A stretch of DNA of 51,062 bases from Octopus bimaculoides (taxonomy: Eukaryota). Shown here piece by piece: positions 25,471 through 38,545 of the stretch (the stretch's first letter is position 1; the number at the start of each line of letters is the position of its first letter). The position numbers and the translations under genes were made by a program. The stretch lies in NCBI RefSeq assembly GCF_001194135.2, contig NC_068984.1:66835792-66886853 (forward strand), given 5' to 3'. The notes under the pieces were generated by a model. That model was not told the DNA's origin. It did not search any database and worked only from the letters and a program-made list of their open reading frames with translations.

Positions 25471-27214
25471 TGTGGGCATGTGTGCATGTGTTCTCTTCGA
25501 TTTTTAATTATTTGAAGTCTTCCTGTAAGAAAGGAGCTGGTTTCTAACAAATGCACAAAATACCATCATTGGAATGTAGATAACTAAAACCACTTGAGGA
25601 AAGTCTTGCATATTTTTATTGTTCTGCTTACAGATTGTAATGTGCATATTAACTGGTTGATCCCTTTCTATGAAAACCGTCACTTATGCTGATTGTCACT
25701 TTGGCATTTACTCACAAAGCAAATGCACCAATTATTATGCATATAATGTGAATTTATAATCTGGGTATAGAAGCTGCAGTAATTGTCAGCAGTTATCTTC
25801 TTTCTCTTTGATTTTTTAAGAAATATCCATTTGAGAATATGTGTGTGCTTTATGAGTGTGTGTAAAGTAATTACTTTATATATAGGAGAAGTTTTACTTT
25901 AGAATATACATACAAATTTTAGGCTATTTTTGCATTGTTTATTATGTATAAGAATATGTAACATGGATTGCAAATTACAAATGATATGAATCGTCATGCA
26001 TAAATAAACTGAATTTTTAATAATGTATAAATTGCATAAATTGCAAAATGAGAGATGAATTTTATTTTACGCATAAATTTAAAGTTAAAAGCACCACATA
26101 ATTTTACGTATTTAATTCACTTGTACGTCATTTCTATTCTTCTTTTTCTAGAAGTAAACTCTTCTATAATCTCATCATATAACAAGCCACTTTGATTCAA
26201 TTGCATCAATACATGTTTTCAATAGAGAATAAACTGAAGTTTTGTTATCCAAGGAAGCAGGTATTTATTTGTTTCAAAGCAGAAAATGTACATTCTGCTG
26301 AATCAGTGTTGCTAGGTACAATTAGAATAAACTCAACCACCCACAATACTTCTTTGAAGTAATAAAATAAAACTCTTTCCACCATCAACTCAATTAGTCT
26401 ATGCACATTTTAGCATGAAAACTCAGGGTGTACATGCAACATAAGACATCGTATTGTTCAAGCAAATGTAATCAAAGAGAGAACCATAGCTATCCTTCAT
26501 CTTATAAAATTTCCAAGGAATTTATTTTTTGTACCTTTTATATTTCTCATTCCAAAGCAACTGGAAAATCTCTGGCTTTGAAAGAGGAAAGTACCTACAA
26601 TCTATCTGCATGTGTGAGCTATTGCTATACTCTGGTTCACTCCATGAAATTAGTTTTTTCTGTTTTTCTTTTTCATTTTCACTCTTATGTTCTGCTAACC
26701 TAAACCTTTCTGAACACAACAGAAACCTAAAGGACCTTAATTTCATATTTTTTGTCATGCGTAAGTTGTTGCAGCATATCTATCTTCTTGCAATGGAATG
26801 GAACACCAGGCACTTTGATTTGTAGCAGATTTTAAAGAGAATTTACATGACCACATCATATTACAAGCCCCATCCTAAATCTTTCCAGCAATCTAGATCC
26901 TCTGAGAAAAATTTTACAAGGTTGAACAAAATTACTTTTGAGCCCCAGGAGGGGGGCTCAACATTCAAGTGGTGCTGTGAGGTTTTATAAGACACATTTT
27001 TGTTTTTACTTTTAGGGCTGGCCTATCAGATATTCATGGGCCCCTTCTTTAGCTCTCCAAGTTCTGGACCAATGTCCCATTTGAACCCTTAAATACCCTA
27101 CAATCAACTTATTTTGAACATCAAACTTCTCCATCATCTTTATAGCATCAGCAAAATGTCAGAAGTTAGATCAGCACTAACATCTGTAAATCCAATATAT
27201 CTTTCATATACTTT

Positions 27215-27425
27215 TTTTATTTGTTTCAGTCGTTGGACTGTGACCGTACTGGAGCACCACCTTGTAGGATTAGTCAAACAAATGAACTTCTACTAATTTT
27301 AAGTCTACTTATTTGGTAGTACACTTTTGTTGAACTTCTAAGTTTCAGGGACATAAAGAAACTGACACCGGTTGCCAAGCAGTGGGGAGACAAACTCAAA
27401 CACACATATGTGTATATGACAAATG
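27215..27425 (-). mobile_element. SINE family C 3' body
   Basis: TTGTTTCAGTCGTTGGACTGTGACCGTACTGGAGCACCACCTT...GGTTGCCAAGCAGTGGGGAGACAAAC is the reverse complement of 44220-44410. Confidence 0.75.
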
Positions 27426-27807
27426 TTAGCAATGTTTATTTTACTTTACTTTGACCTCATGAACAAAATACAAAATTATTTTGAGATATGATTTTGACAT
27501 GACATTTGACATGCCATCAGATATGATTGCAACAAAGAGGACTGAACTTATCTCCTTCCTTATATCACACTATCATCAATGATATCATTTTTCACAAATT
27601 GTGAAGCTCCTTGAAACACAGTTGAAACAGATAAATGAGCATTCAAGAATGAATCATACTCTGAGGGGAGTATTCAATTTATTGGTTGTAGGACTGGATT
27701 CACTGTGACCTCACAGTATGAGCAGTTATTTTGATAGAAAACACATTACATTCATACTCCACTTCAAAGTTTCCCGTTTTTACTTTTTATTTTCCTAATG
27801 TCTGTAT

Positions 27808-28032
27808 ATCCATTTAGCATTTAAACCAGCCATATCCAGCCCAAATATTCTTCCTTATTTTGCATTAAAATCAGTCAGATCCAGCTTCTGATATCTATCC
27901 TATAATGTTGTTCTAAAAATAAGCAATCACATTATCAAAATCTCATAGCTGTGAGATAATACATGATTAATTCAAAACAACGTGAATAAATAGGCATTAC
28001 ATTTAACAGAGTAATCTGAATGCTAAAGGGAT
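27808..28032 (-). mobile_element. piggyBac-type MITE, family 1
   Basis: ATCCATTTAGCATT ... AATGCTAAAGGGAT termini; interior is the reverse complement of 17024-17233. Confidence 0.75.
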
Positions 28033-29984
28033 ATAGTTCAGCCATCAACTGTCAATTAAGGGATCAATACTATACTAGTCAAACATTTTGTAATCCAAGA
28101 ATGCTTGAACATGAGTTTGAGATCATTCATATACTTCTGGTCTAAGTATGATAATTGGAAAGTAATAAAACAACACATGTTCTACCAAAGGTTATGAAAG
28201 TACAGGTTTGAAAACTGATAGTAATTCATGCATAGACAATTAACAAGTTTCAATATACAACATTAACAAAAGCAATGTTTGCATAAATGTGTTGTAGAAA
28301 ACACTTATACATATGTTCATGTTTGTTAAGTCAAATGTGCAATTCAATGTTGCAGAAAATGGTGGTGAATAAAATTTCATTTGACTGTTAGATGTTCTGC
28401 CAGTGGATAATACTTTGAGTAGACAGAAAAGAAAATAACAGGTTTTTGTAACCTAGTGAATTAGAGATTACGGAAAATTGATTTCTCATCTGGTTAAAGG
28501 TGTCTAATATCTTAGACCAGTTGAAAAGAAAGTCAATTCTGTTGTGTGTTGCTTTCACAATGTCTTGGTTGGAAATAGGATGAAATAGCATAAGTTCTGT
28601 TTGTATGTAACCAAAATGGTTGTTCAACTACTGGTCTGTGATTGGTTCTAATAAAATTGTTGAAACACAGAAACTTTTCCTGTTGCATGAGAGATTTACA
28701 ACAATCATGACGACAGAACTTTTCTACTGTATGAATTATAGTAATAAAATATATGCTTAATAAAACTATATTTCATTGTAACTGTTTAGTATTTCAGATC
28801 AATGTTAATGTATTCTGGTTTATAAAATGCACAAAAATCGTAAGAAAAATCATGAAACTGAACAAGCATATCAACACAAGTTACTAGGCAAAACTGTTCC
28901 AATCAACTACTATAAACAACAGTTAATATTATAAATGTCAACAGTTCCAGACTTCAACTAGACAAAACTTTGCATTTGAGAGTATTTATTCAATTTGAAA
29001 ACAAATTATGATTAGGTTATATCAATATACTACAAGAACAGAATTGTTATCATTATAATGATACATATCATATACCATTAGACTGCTAGGAGAGATTTCA
29101 GTGTTAAGAAAATTAGTTTCACTATACAAATTTTCAACAAATCCATGTATAGTCATTATGGAAGCAAACATTGGATTTGTGCTTATGAAATGTCACTCTT
29201 CCTTTGGTTCTTAATTTTGCTACACTCTCATTATCCTGCTATTAATTATTTGCCATATCCTCCTGATGCAACTAACTGTGAGTGCTCAGTGTTTCTTCAG
29301 AACAAGTATCAACAATCTTTCATATAAGGAACAAAACAATTAGGTTCCTGTTAAGCTCCATGGCTATATTTTTGAGTGAACATAATGATTAGTAATAATT
29401 TACCCTCATTTTTGGATGTGCAGCACGCCTAGAATATACATATCTGATGTGTGTTTATAAATGTATGTCCAAAAAAAAAAACTGATTCAGACATCACATA
29501 GGGCAGTTTCTAATGCTTATGGCAGAATAAAATGCACTCAATACATTCTGTAAAGTGGTTGGTGGTAGGAAGGATATAAGCTGTTAAAAAACCTGCCAAA
29601 ATGAAACATATCAGTGAGACATTGACACTACTAGTTACATCATATGGTGCCCAACTACAATGTATTAATTCTGAATATAAAATGGTACAAGGTATATGAG
29701 ATGCATTAGTTTTCTTAGCATAGAACGAACATTATAGTGTTGGTGATACAATAGAATGTCTCCAGTACTCAATCAAAAGCATATGCAACACCAAAGTTGG
29801 CCAGTTCTTTATTGCTAAATGTATAAAATGGTGCAGACCATGATAACCTGTCTAAACTTTGCTAGGATGGAAAAACTAACATAGATTAATAAAGATCACA
29901 ATCTTGATGATGATGATGATGATGAACAGTTATTTTGTGGAAGAGTCATCTTAATTGTTTAAGAATATCAAATTTATTTGTAAG

Positions 29985-30080
29985 GCATTCATCGGCCAGG
30001 GGCTATAGTAGAATAGACTGAACTTGAAACCACATGGTTGTAGAGTGAACTACTAAAACACAGAGCTATGCTTGTGCCTA
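29985..30080 (-). mobile_element. SINE family C head fragment; similar fragments at 32510-32615 and 48295-48470
   Basis: GGCCAGGGGCTATAGTAGAA...GAAACCACATGGTTG. Confidence 0.65.
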
Positions 30081-30830
30081 TCTGAAACTTATCACTGTAA
30101 TAGCTATTGCTGTATTTTAAAAGAGCCGGGTTACCAATAATATATGCATATACAGTTATTGTGCTTGTTATGCACTTCTAAATTAATTAGATAATTGATA
30201 ATTTGCTTGTGTTTTTGTTTATTTGTTTAATTATTACTTTTTTTTTTTTTTTTTNNNNNNNNNNTTATAGTATCAATGTGTTATATCACACTTCAGAGAC
30301 TTGTTCTCTGAATTCACTGCTTTAGTGTAGGGAAAATACTTTGATATCAATAACAAAGCAAAATAATTAACAAATAAATAAATTAATTAATTAAGAAATG
30401 AATAATAACCACAGTTATTGCATGTGTTTAGTATTCACAAAGATGTCTCTTCCAAAATATAGTAATATGTTTATACTTCTTTGTTTTTATTATATTTGTT
30501 ATTCGTTCAGTCATTAGACAGTGACCTTGCTGGAGCAGTGCCTTCTAGAGTATATTTTGGCAACATTGCCATCCGCAGCATTGGTAATTACTTTAGCGAT
30601 GGGTGGAAGGCAAAATAAACCAGGGTGAGATACGGTAGGTAACTAAGTGCTTCAATGTGTGATGAATGTATGCATGTGTAAATCTGGTACTTATTGTATT
30701 GGTCTCTTTTGCTGAACTGCTAGGTTACTAGAAGTTACTTGATTGTAAAGAACCCAACGCTGGCTGTCAAGCATTAGAAGCACAAATAAAATCACAAAGA
30801 CATGTGAAAATGCACATGCACAAACACACA

Positions 30831-30869
<39 letters not shown>

Positions 30870-31639
30870 ACACACACACACACATACATATATATGTATG
30901 CATTTATTAAAGTGTAACCTGTCACATGATGTGTAACATTAGAAGTATATTTTTTGCCCCTGTAGGTAATATCAGGTGACATGGAATACGTAAAATAATC
31001 AAACTTTTATCAAATTTCTTGGTGCTTAAATGTAATAATGAAATGAATATTAATTTTCAAAAGAAAAGTATTATTAGCTTAAAATGAAATTAAATAATAC
31101 AAATTTCTCATTTATATATTTGCAATGAATAGAAGCTATCATTTTTTTCTTTTCAAAATTTTATCAATATAATTGCAAAGTCTATTGATAACTTATCTCT
31201 GCAAAATTTCATTTGTGAAATATTTTTCAGGAATCATAAGACCTTAATCCTGCACCTCCTATGTTAACTCCCTTTGTATCTCCCATTTACTCTCTTTGTC
31301 CCCTCTCTTTTTCTATACACTCTAGAATGTGACTGGAGAAATTAACTAACCAACCAGTGAACCAATGAACAATTATACAAAAGTGTAAAGTCAAGCAGTA
31401 TGAGATGTGAATATAGATTTATTTAACCATGTTACTTCCTTGGGATGACAGCTGTTTCACAATTTTCTTCTTATAGCATTAATTTCAGTATGCAAGAAAT
31501 CATATCCGCAAGTTTGCATTAATGTTATATAATGCTCAGCATTATATAATACAATTGTATATTCCCAAATCAAATTAATGCAATTAAATAAAGTAAGCTC
31601 ATCAGATGTAGAGCCGAAACATATAAAAGATATAAAAGA

Positions 31640-31687
<48 letters not shown>

Positions 31688-32400
31688 NNNNNNNNNNNNN
31701 NNNNNNNNNNNNNNNNNNNNNNNNNNNNNNNNNNNNNNNNNNNNNNNNNNNNNNNNNNNNNNNNNNNNNNNNNNNNNNNNNNNNNNNNNNNNNNNNNNNN
31801 NNNNNNNNNNNNNNNNNNNNNNNNNNNNNNNNNNNNNNNNNNNNNNNNNNNNNNNNNNNNNNNNNNNNNNNNNNNNNNNNNNNNNNNNNNNNNNNNNNNN
31901 NNNNNNNNNNNNNNNNNNNNNNNNNNNNNNNNNNNNNNNNNNNNNNNNNNNNNNNNNNNNNNNNNNNNNNNNNNNNNNNNNNNNNNNNNNNNNNNNNNNN
32001 NNNNNNNNNNNNNNNNNNNNNNNNNNNNNNNNNNNNNNNNNNNNNNNNNNNNNNNNNNNNNNNNNNNNNNNNNNNNNNNNNNNNNNNNNNNNNNNNNNNN
32101 NNNNNNNNNNNNNNNNNNNNNNNNNNNNNNNNNNNNNNNNNNNNNNNNNNNNNNNNNNNNNNNNNNNNNNNNNNNNNNNNNNNNNNNNNNNNNNNNNNNN
32201 NNNNNNNNNNNNNNNNNNNNNNNNNNNNNNNNNNNNNNNNNNNNNNNNNNNNNNNNNNNNNNNNNNNNNNNNNNNNNNNNNNNNNNNNNNNNNNNNNNNN
32301 NNNNNNNNNNNNNNNNNNNNNNNNNNNNNNNNNNNNNNNNNNNNNNNNNNNNNNNNNNNNNNNNNNNNNNNNNNNNNNNNNNNNNNNNNNNNNNNNNNNN

Positions 32401-32442
<42 letters not shown>

Positions 32443-32991
32443 CATCTATCTATCTATCTATATATAACCGATGCAAGCATGGAAAAGTAAATGTTTAAAT
32501 AACAAAGATGACAGACTTCCAGCCAGTTTCAACAGTTTCTATTAACCAAATCCACTCACAAGTCATTAGTCAACCTGGGGCTATAGAAGAAGACACTTGC
32601 CTAATGTGCCACGCCTTATTATTTTTTAATTTGAAATCATTGAAGACAATCAGTAAAGTTATGGGTTGAACTAGTGTTGATATAATGGAAATGACGGAGA
32701 TATAATTGAAAACCCATTTAATCCATTTGACAGAAATACCATATAACTTTGCCGATTCCTGATATGATTGAATGGCATCATTTTGAATTATAAATCAATA
32801 AGAGCAACACTACTTCCTTTAGTCACAGTCTAGACTGGTGCTGGTGAAATTTTAGCAAAACTGTTATCTTTGGATATACTCCTCACACATCATGTTAATA
32901 AATAGATAGTTAGATAAATATATGTATGTACGTGTATATCTATTGAAAAATAGATTGCTGGATAGATAAATGCATGCATTCATATGCATAT

Positions 32992-32993
<2 letters not shown>

Positions 32994-33038
<45 letters not shown>

Positions 33039-33041
33039 CAC

Positions 33042-33071
<30 letters not shown>
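32994..33071. repeat. (CA)n microsatellite
   Basis: Direct reading. Confidence 0.95.
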
Positions 33072-33078
<7 letters not shown>

Positions 33079-34826
33079 GTATGAGTGTGTGTGTATGCAT
33101 GTGTATTAAGTAATATGCTGCAATGTGCATACACATATGTGTATGTTTGAATGTACATAGATGCATATGTATATATANNNNNNNNNNNNNNNNNNNNNNN
33201 NNNNNNNNNNNNNNNNNNNNNNNNNNNNNNNNNNNNNNNNNNNNNNNNNNNNNNNNNNNNNNNNNNNNNNNNNNNNNNNNNNNNNNNNNNNNNNNNNNNN
33301 NNNNNNNNNNNNNNNNNNNNNNNNNNNNNNNNNNNNNNNNNNNNNNNNNNNNNNNNNNNNNNNNNNNNNNNNNNNNNNNNNNNNNNNNNNNNNNNNNNNN
33401 NNNNNNNNNNNNNNNNNNNNNNNNNNNNNNNNNNNNNNNNNNNNNNNNNNNNNNNNNNNNNNNNNNNNNNNNNNNNNNNNNNNNNNNNNNNNNNNNNNNN
33501 NNNNNNNNNNNNNNNNNNNNNNNNNNNNNNNNNNNNNNNNNNNNNNNNNNNNNNNNNNNNNNNNNNNNNNNNNNNNNNNNNNNNNNNNNNNNNNNNNNNN
33601 NNNNNNNNNNNNNNNNNNNNNNNNNNNNNNNNNNNNNNNNNNNNNNNNNNNNNNNNNNNNNNNNNNNNNNNNNNNNNNNNNNNNNNNNNNNNNNNNNNNN
33701 NNNNNNNNNNNNNNNNNNNNNNNNNNNTATATATACACACACACACACATACATGCAGAAATACATAATCACATATATACATATGAGTATGCTTATATAC
33801 ATATATGTGTGTGGGTGGGTGAGTGCATGTGTATATAAGTGTATTTGTGTGTGTGTGTGTGTAGTTGTATGTACATATGTGTGAATGTATGCTTGTATGT
33901 CTGCTTGTAATGTTCACTAAATCATCAATATCGATGAGATTGGTCAGTTCCAAACTTACAATACTATATAGCCAATGTTGGCAACTAGAACACTGATAAA
34001 ATCATCTTGCTAAAACAAATGCCTTTTACAAAAATATCTCGGCTCCATTTACTGCTTGTCTAACCAAAATAAGATTATGTTCATTCACTCCAAGTAAATC
34101 TGTCGCAATAATGGATGGCACTGAAGTGGTAGTTAAAGAGAAAATTTGTTTTATTACTTAATAGTGTCTCCTTATATTCTGTGTTCAAAACCATGGTCAG
34201 TTCAAAGACAGTTTTTTATTTTATTTTTTTATTATGATCCTGTTGAAGAACACTGAAACAGTTAACTGCTGCTCTTCTTCATTAGCACTAGATCAACTCT
34301 GAATGAGCAGTACATGAATTAAAACTTAGCAGATATGACCATCTATCTTTGTTTAGGTATTGTGAATTTCATTATCTAATGTATCCTTTCACTATTTAAG
34401 ATGACTGAGTGAGATCCGAGGGAAATTTGGTTATATTATTCTTTGCACATTGAATAATGAAATAAAAACTAAACTGTTGGGTAAATACCAGTAATATACA
34501 ACATCATAAAGTACACCACCAACACCATCTTCCACCGCCTCATGAAAATACATCACAACAACCATGATCAACAGTTGGAGAGTTGTTGCTGCTGCTAACC
34601 CAAACACTAAGCAGTTTAAAATAAAATAATGAATTCAATGTAAATATACATTTCTTGGACTTTTTCCTTCGGAAGAAAGGTCTTTGCACCCGAAATATAA
34701 AGGTTTTCTTTGTGAAATTTTCTGCATTGTTAGAAGCTTTCTTTATTTCCATTTTCTTTCATTTTCCACTTCTGGACTACAATGCTTCAAGTGAACTGCA
34801 CTGCCTTATACTTTTGTGCACATCAA

Positions 34827-35055
34827 CCCTTTTTTTACCATGTTTCTGTTGAAATACATTGCCTTCCTTTCAATAAATTTTGAAAATAATGACAAATTCA
34901 TTAAAATAACTTTCTCGTTATTAAACTGCTGTTTGGAATGTAAATCGGCATGAAATTTTGATAGTTTCAAGGTAAAGTAAATTAATTTACCTTGAAACTG
35001 AGAATTAGTATCATAGATGTAGGGGCAGTTTCAAGCAGGTTGGTATCAAATGAGA
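34827..35055 (+). mobile_element. piggyBac-type MITE, family 2
   Basis: TCAA|CCCTTTTTTTACCAT ... GGTATCAAATGAGA|TTAA; interior matches 15371-15634. Confidence 0.65.
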
Positions 35056-35187
35056 TTAAATATGCTTTGGTAATGTGTACTATGCTTTCACTAATTGTTT
35101 TAGGTGCCTATGTAATCATGAACAAATATAGACATGCTCCCAGGCCTCTCATCTTTCACTCAGCAGTGCATCCAGGGNNNNNNNNNN

Positions 35188-35230
<43 letters not shown>

Positions 35231-35439
35231 GAGCTGCATCAGCCCTCAACTAGTACCTTATTACAGCTAGGTAGAGTGGAACAATGTGAAATGAAATACT
35301 TAGCTCAAGGATGCAATGCACCACTTAGTTCAGGAATTGAGTCCTTGAATTCATGATCCTCATCAGTTGAACATCTGAACCACTAAGCCACAAATTTTCA
35401 GATTAGTTATATTATCATATAATTTAGTGACAGATAGTA

Positions 35440-35657
35440 TTCTATTGATTTCAAATTTTGGCATAAGGCCATTAATTTCAGGGGAGGTGGTATGTCGATT
35501 ACATCGACCCCAGTACTCAACTGGTACAGATTTTATTGACTCAGAAGGTTCAAAGGCAAAGTAGACTTTGGTGGAATTTGAACTCAGAATGTAACGACAG
35601 ACTAAATGCTGCAAAACATTTTGCTCGGCATGCTAAAGATTCTGCCAGCTTACCTCC
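35440..35657 (-). mobile_element. SINE family B
   Basis: GTCGATTACATCGACCCCAGTACTCAACTGGTAC...GGAATTTGAACTCAGAATGTAACGACAGAC...GATTCTGCCAGC. Confidence 0.85.
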
Positions 35658-36224
35658 TTCAATACCACACTGTGTAACAAAGTTTTTACTTTTTTTTTCG
35701 TCTTTGGTCAGTAAGTGTTTTATTTCCTATTCACTTCTATCTGGAAATCAAAGAAAATGACTTCTCCCTTCAAAATTCGCTGTTGTGACCTGGACATCAA
35801 TATTTTGAAACTGATCTATTTTCCATTACATTTTAGACAGATTCATCACTGAGTTGCTGAAACAGAAATATTGTTAAAGAAAATATTCTGCTCAATACCA
35901 CAGATTTACTTGTCAGTTGCTTAACCTTAACCACTTGAGCTTATCCTTTAGTGGCTGACAATATATGCATCTCTAACCAAGAACAGGAGTAGTGGGGGAG
36001 CACCATAGCCATATGTTGAGAGGGATTCTTTGGAGTTTGAATAACAAAAGCATAGGTTTAAGGAAACAGCCATTTTTCATAGTTTCTAGGGATAGGCAAA
36101 TAGGAAATAAGTTGCTACTGTGTTACACAGTATTGTTGGAATATTACCATACAGGCATATTATGGATTCTCCTGTCACAGAAGACAGATGAAGGTTCTGA
36201 GATTTTTTTCCTGAACAACCTGCA

Positions 36225-36462
36225 CAGCTGATTGGTTTATAGTGATCAAATGTCTGTGCTACACAGAACCTCACTCTCTCCATCAAATTGACATTGCATG
36301 TACAGGTGTATGGTATGCCACATGTCGGATGTCAAAGTAATTGCAGAGCAACATGAGATGAAGTGTTTCGTTCAAAAACACAACACAACGCAACACACCA
36401 TCTGGTCTGGAAATTGAACCCATGATCTTGTGATTGTGAGTGCAACACTGTAACCACTATGC
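36225..36462 (-). mobile_element. tRNA-headed SINE, family E
   Basis: GGTTTATAGTGATCAAATGT...GAAATTGAACCC (B box in reverse)...TAACCACTATGCC. Confidence 0.75.
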
Positions 36463-36507
36463 CCTCACACTATACAGGTATATACAGTAATATACACCAT
36501 ATTGTAT

Positions 36508-36838
36508 ATACCATGAAAGCACATGACTTAGTGGTTAGAGTATTTGGTTTACGATCGTAAGGTCATGAGTTCAATTCCCAGTGATGTGTTGTGTCCTTGA
36601 GCAAGACACTTCATTTCATGTTGCTCCAGTCCACTCAGCTGGCAAAAATGAATTGTACCCATTATTCAAAAGAGCAAGCCTTGCCATAATCTGTGTCATG
36701 CTGAATCTTCCTGAGAACTACGTTAAGTGTACACATGTCTGTGGAGCGCTCAGCTACTTGCAAATTAATTTCATGAGCAGTCTATTCCACTGATCAGATC
36801 AACTGGAACCCTTGTCCTCATAACCAATGAAATGCCAA
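36508..36838 (+). mobile_element. tRNA-derived SINE family D, older copy
   Basis: A box TGACTTAGTGG and B box GAGTTCAATTCC; the 3' half matches 41660-41830. Confidence 0.8.
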
Positions 36839-37360
36839 TGTATATACCATACAGGAATATACAGTCATGGTATTACTGCATTTTATCTACATTCAAATAA
36901 AAATGCAGGTAGCACTATTGTATAAACATTACTCTATCAAAATTAACCACCCATCTACAAGAACAGGCTTTGTATCAATAAGAATTAGCCATTGACTCAA
37001 GTTACATTAATGTTATCGTTGTTGTTTTTCACAGGTTTACCATGATTGAATGACTCTATGATCAAAGACTGTGACCATTCCATTTATAAACTTTGTGCAG
37101 GAAACCTAGAACCATACTGCGTAATAAGATGTCCTTCTTTAAGATGGCAGAGTTTGATTTGAGGAAAATTTGGTAGTTATTTCTTGCAAGCTAGGAAAGT
37201 ATGGTAGACAGTAGTGGCATCTTCTTTGGTCTGTTTCCAGAGCCACAAATTCAGTGTGGAACTATATTCTGAATGGTGTATAAATTGTTTTACCAAACTT
37301 ACTTAAGGCACAGTACTTATATATAGTCAAGTTTTCTCCATAAATTTCAAATCACACATG

Positions 37361-37535
37361 AACACACTTGTAAAGTGGTTGGCATTAGGAAGGGCGTCTA
37401 GCTGTAGAAACCAAGTCAAATCCAACTGGAATGTGGTGCAGCTCTCCAGCTTGTTAGCTCTGGTCAAATTGTCCAACCCATGTCAACATAGGAAATGGAT
37501 GTTAAGCGATGATGATGATGATGATGATGATGATG
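37361..37535 (+). mobile_element. Family A retroposon 3' end whose (GAT)n tail runs into a trinucleotide field
   Basis: GTAAAGTGGTTGGCATTAGGAAGGGCGTCTAGCTGTAGAAAC...CCAACCCATGTCAACATAGGAAATGGATGTTAAGC-(GAT)n. Confidence 0.85.
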
Positions 37536-37911
37536 AGGAGGAGGAGGAGGAGGAGGATGGTGATGATCATGACAACGACAATAATGATGAGGACATCAGT
37601 TCCAGTTCAAGCCGTTTTGTCACTTTAACTGGAATTTTTATGGAGGCAACAATGATTACCATAGCAACAACTACAACCATGCTAACAACAGCAACCTCAC
37701 TGTAACCACAACAACCACTACAACAACCACTACAACAACTATCACAAGAACAATAATTGCAGTAACACCATCAACAACTACAGCAATACCAATCAAAATG
37801 ACAACAACAACACCAAGTGGTGATAGCATCAGTAGGAGAGAGATGTGAATTTGCAGGGATCATAGTATATGGGATTCTGAAGTTTGAGTTTAATTGTTGA
37901 GAATGAGCGTG

Positions 37912-37950
<39 letters not shown>

Positions 37951-38545
37951 ATGATAAAAGTGATGATCTTTGGAGTAGCAAGGATGATGAGGATAATGGT
38001 GAATACGATGATAGTGATGACGGTCATGCTAGTAGTGGTAATACTGATGATGATGATGATGATGTTCATTGTATTGGAGAGGTATTTGGGGAGTTTGGTG
38101 TTGAGTATCAAGCGTAGTGCCAGCAGTGGAAGCAGCAATAATGATGGTAATAGTGGTAGTGGTGGTAGTGGTAGTGGTGGTGGTGGTGGTGGTAGTGGTA
38201 GTAGTAGTAATGGTGGTGGTGGTGGTGGCGGCGGTGGTGATTTAAGCTGGCAATGGTGGTTATTCTTATGGAGATGGTGGTGGTTGTTGTGGTGGTGGTG
38301 GTGATGGCAGGGGTGATAGCAAAGGTATTGGATAAAGGCAGGAATGGTTTTGGTGATAGCAGTGGTAAAGATATTGATGATGGTGGTGGTGGTGGTGGTG
38401 GTGGTGGTGTAATAGTGATCATGATGGTGGTAACAATTAAGGAGGAATTAGTTACGATGATGACGGCAATGACAATGATGATGATAATGATGATGATGAT
38501 GATGATGCTGGTTGTGATGATTCGATGACGACGATGATGACGGTG
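37508..38545. repeat. ~1-kb compound trinucleotide field: (GAT)n, (GAG)n, (CAA)n, (GTA)n, (GGT)n
   Basis: Direct reading; produces homopolymeric D, S, V, G, H and T ORFs on both strands. Confidence 0.9.

Noticed and set aside
30561-30610. Possible pre-miRNA hairpin TTGCCATCCGC...GTGGAAGGCAA
   Set aside because: Only about 10 bp pair well, too short for a miRNA precursor.
34963-34997. Perfect 12-bp hairpin TTTCAAGGTAAA / TTTACCTTGAAA
   Set aside because: It lies inside a MITE and is absent from sister copies, so it is probably a local template-switch mutation.
8390-37045. Plus-strand polypyrimidine-AG|GT sites near 8407, 14698, 30965 and 37035
   Set aside because: The following bases (GTATAT, GTAGTA, GTAATA, GTTTAC) are weak donors with no linked plus-strand exons; they show that weak AG|GT hits are common background, which also limits confidence in the 19838 site.
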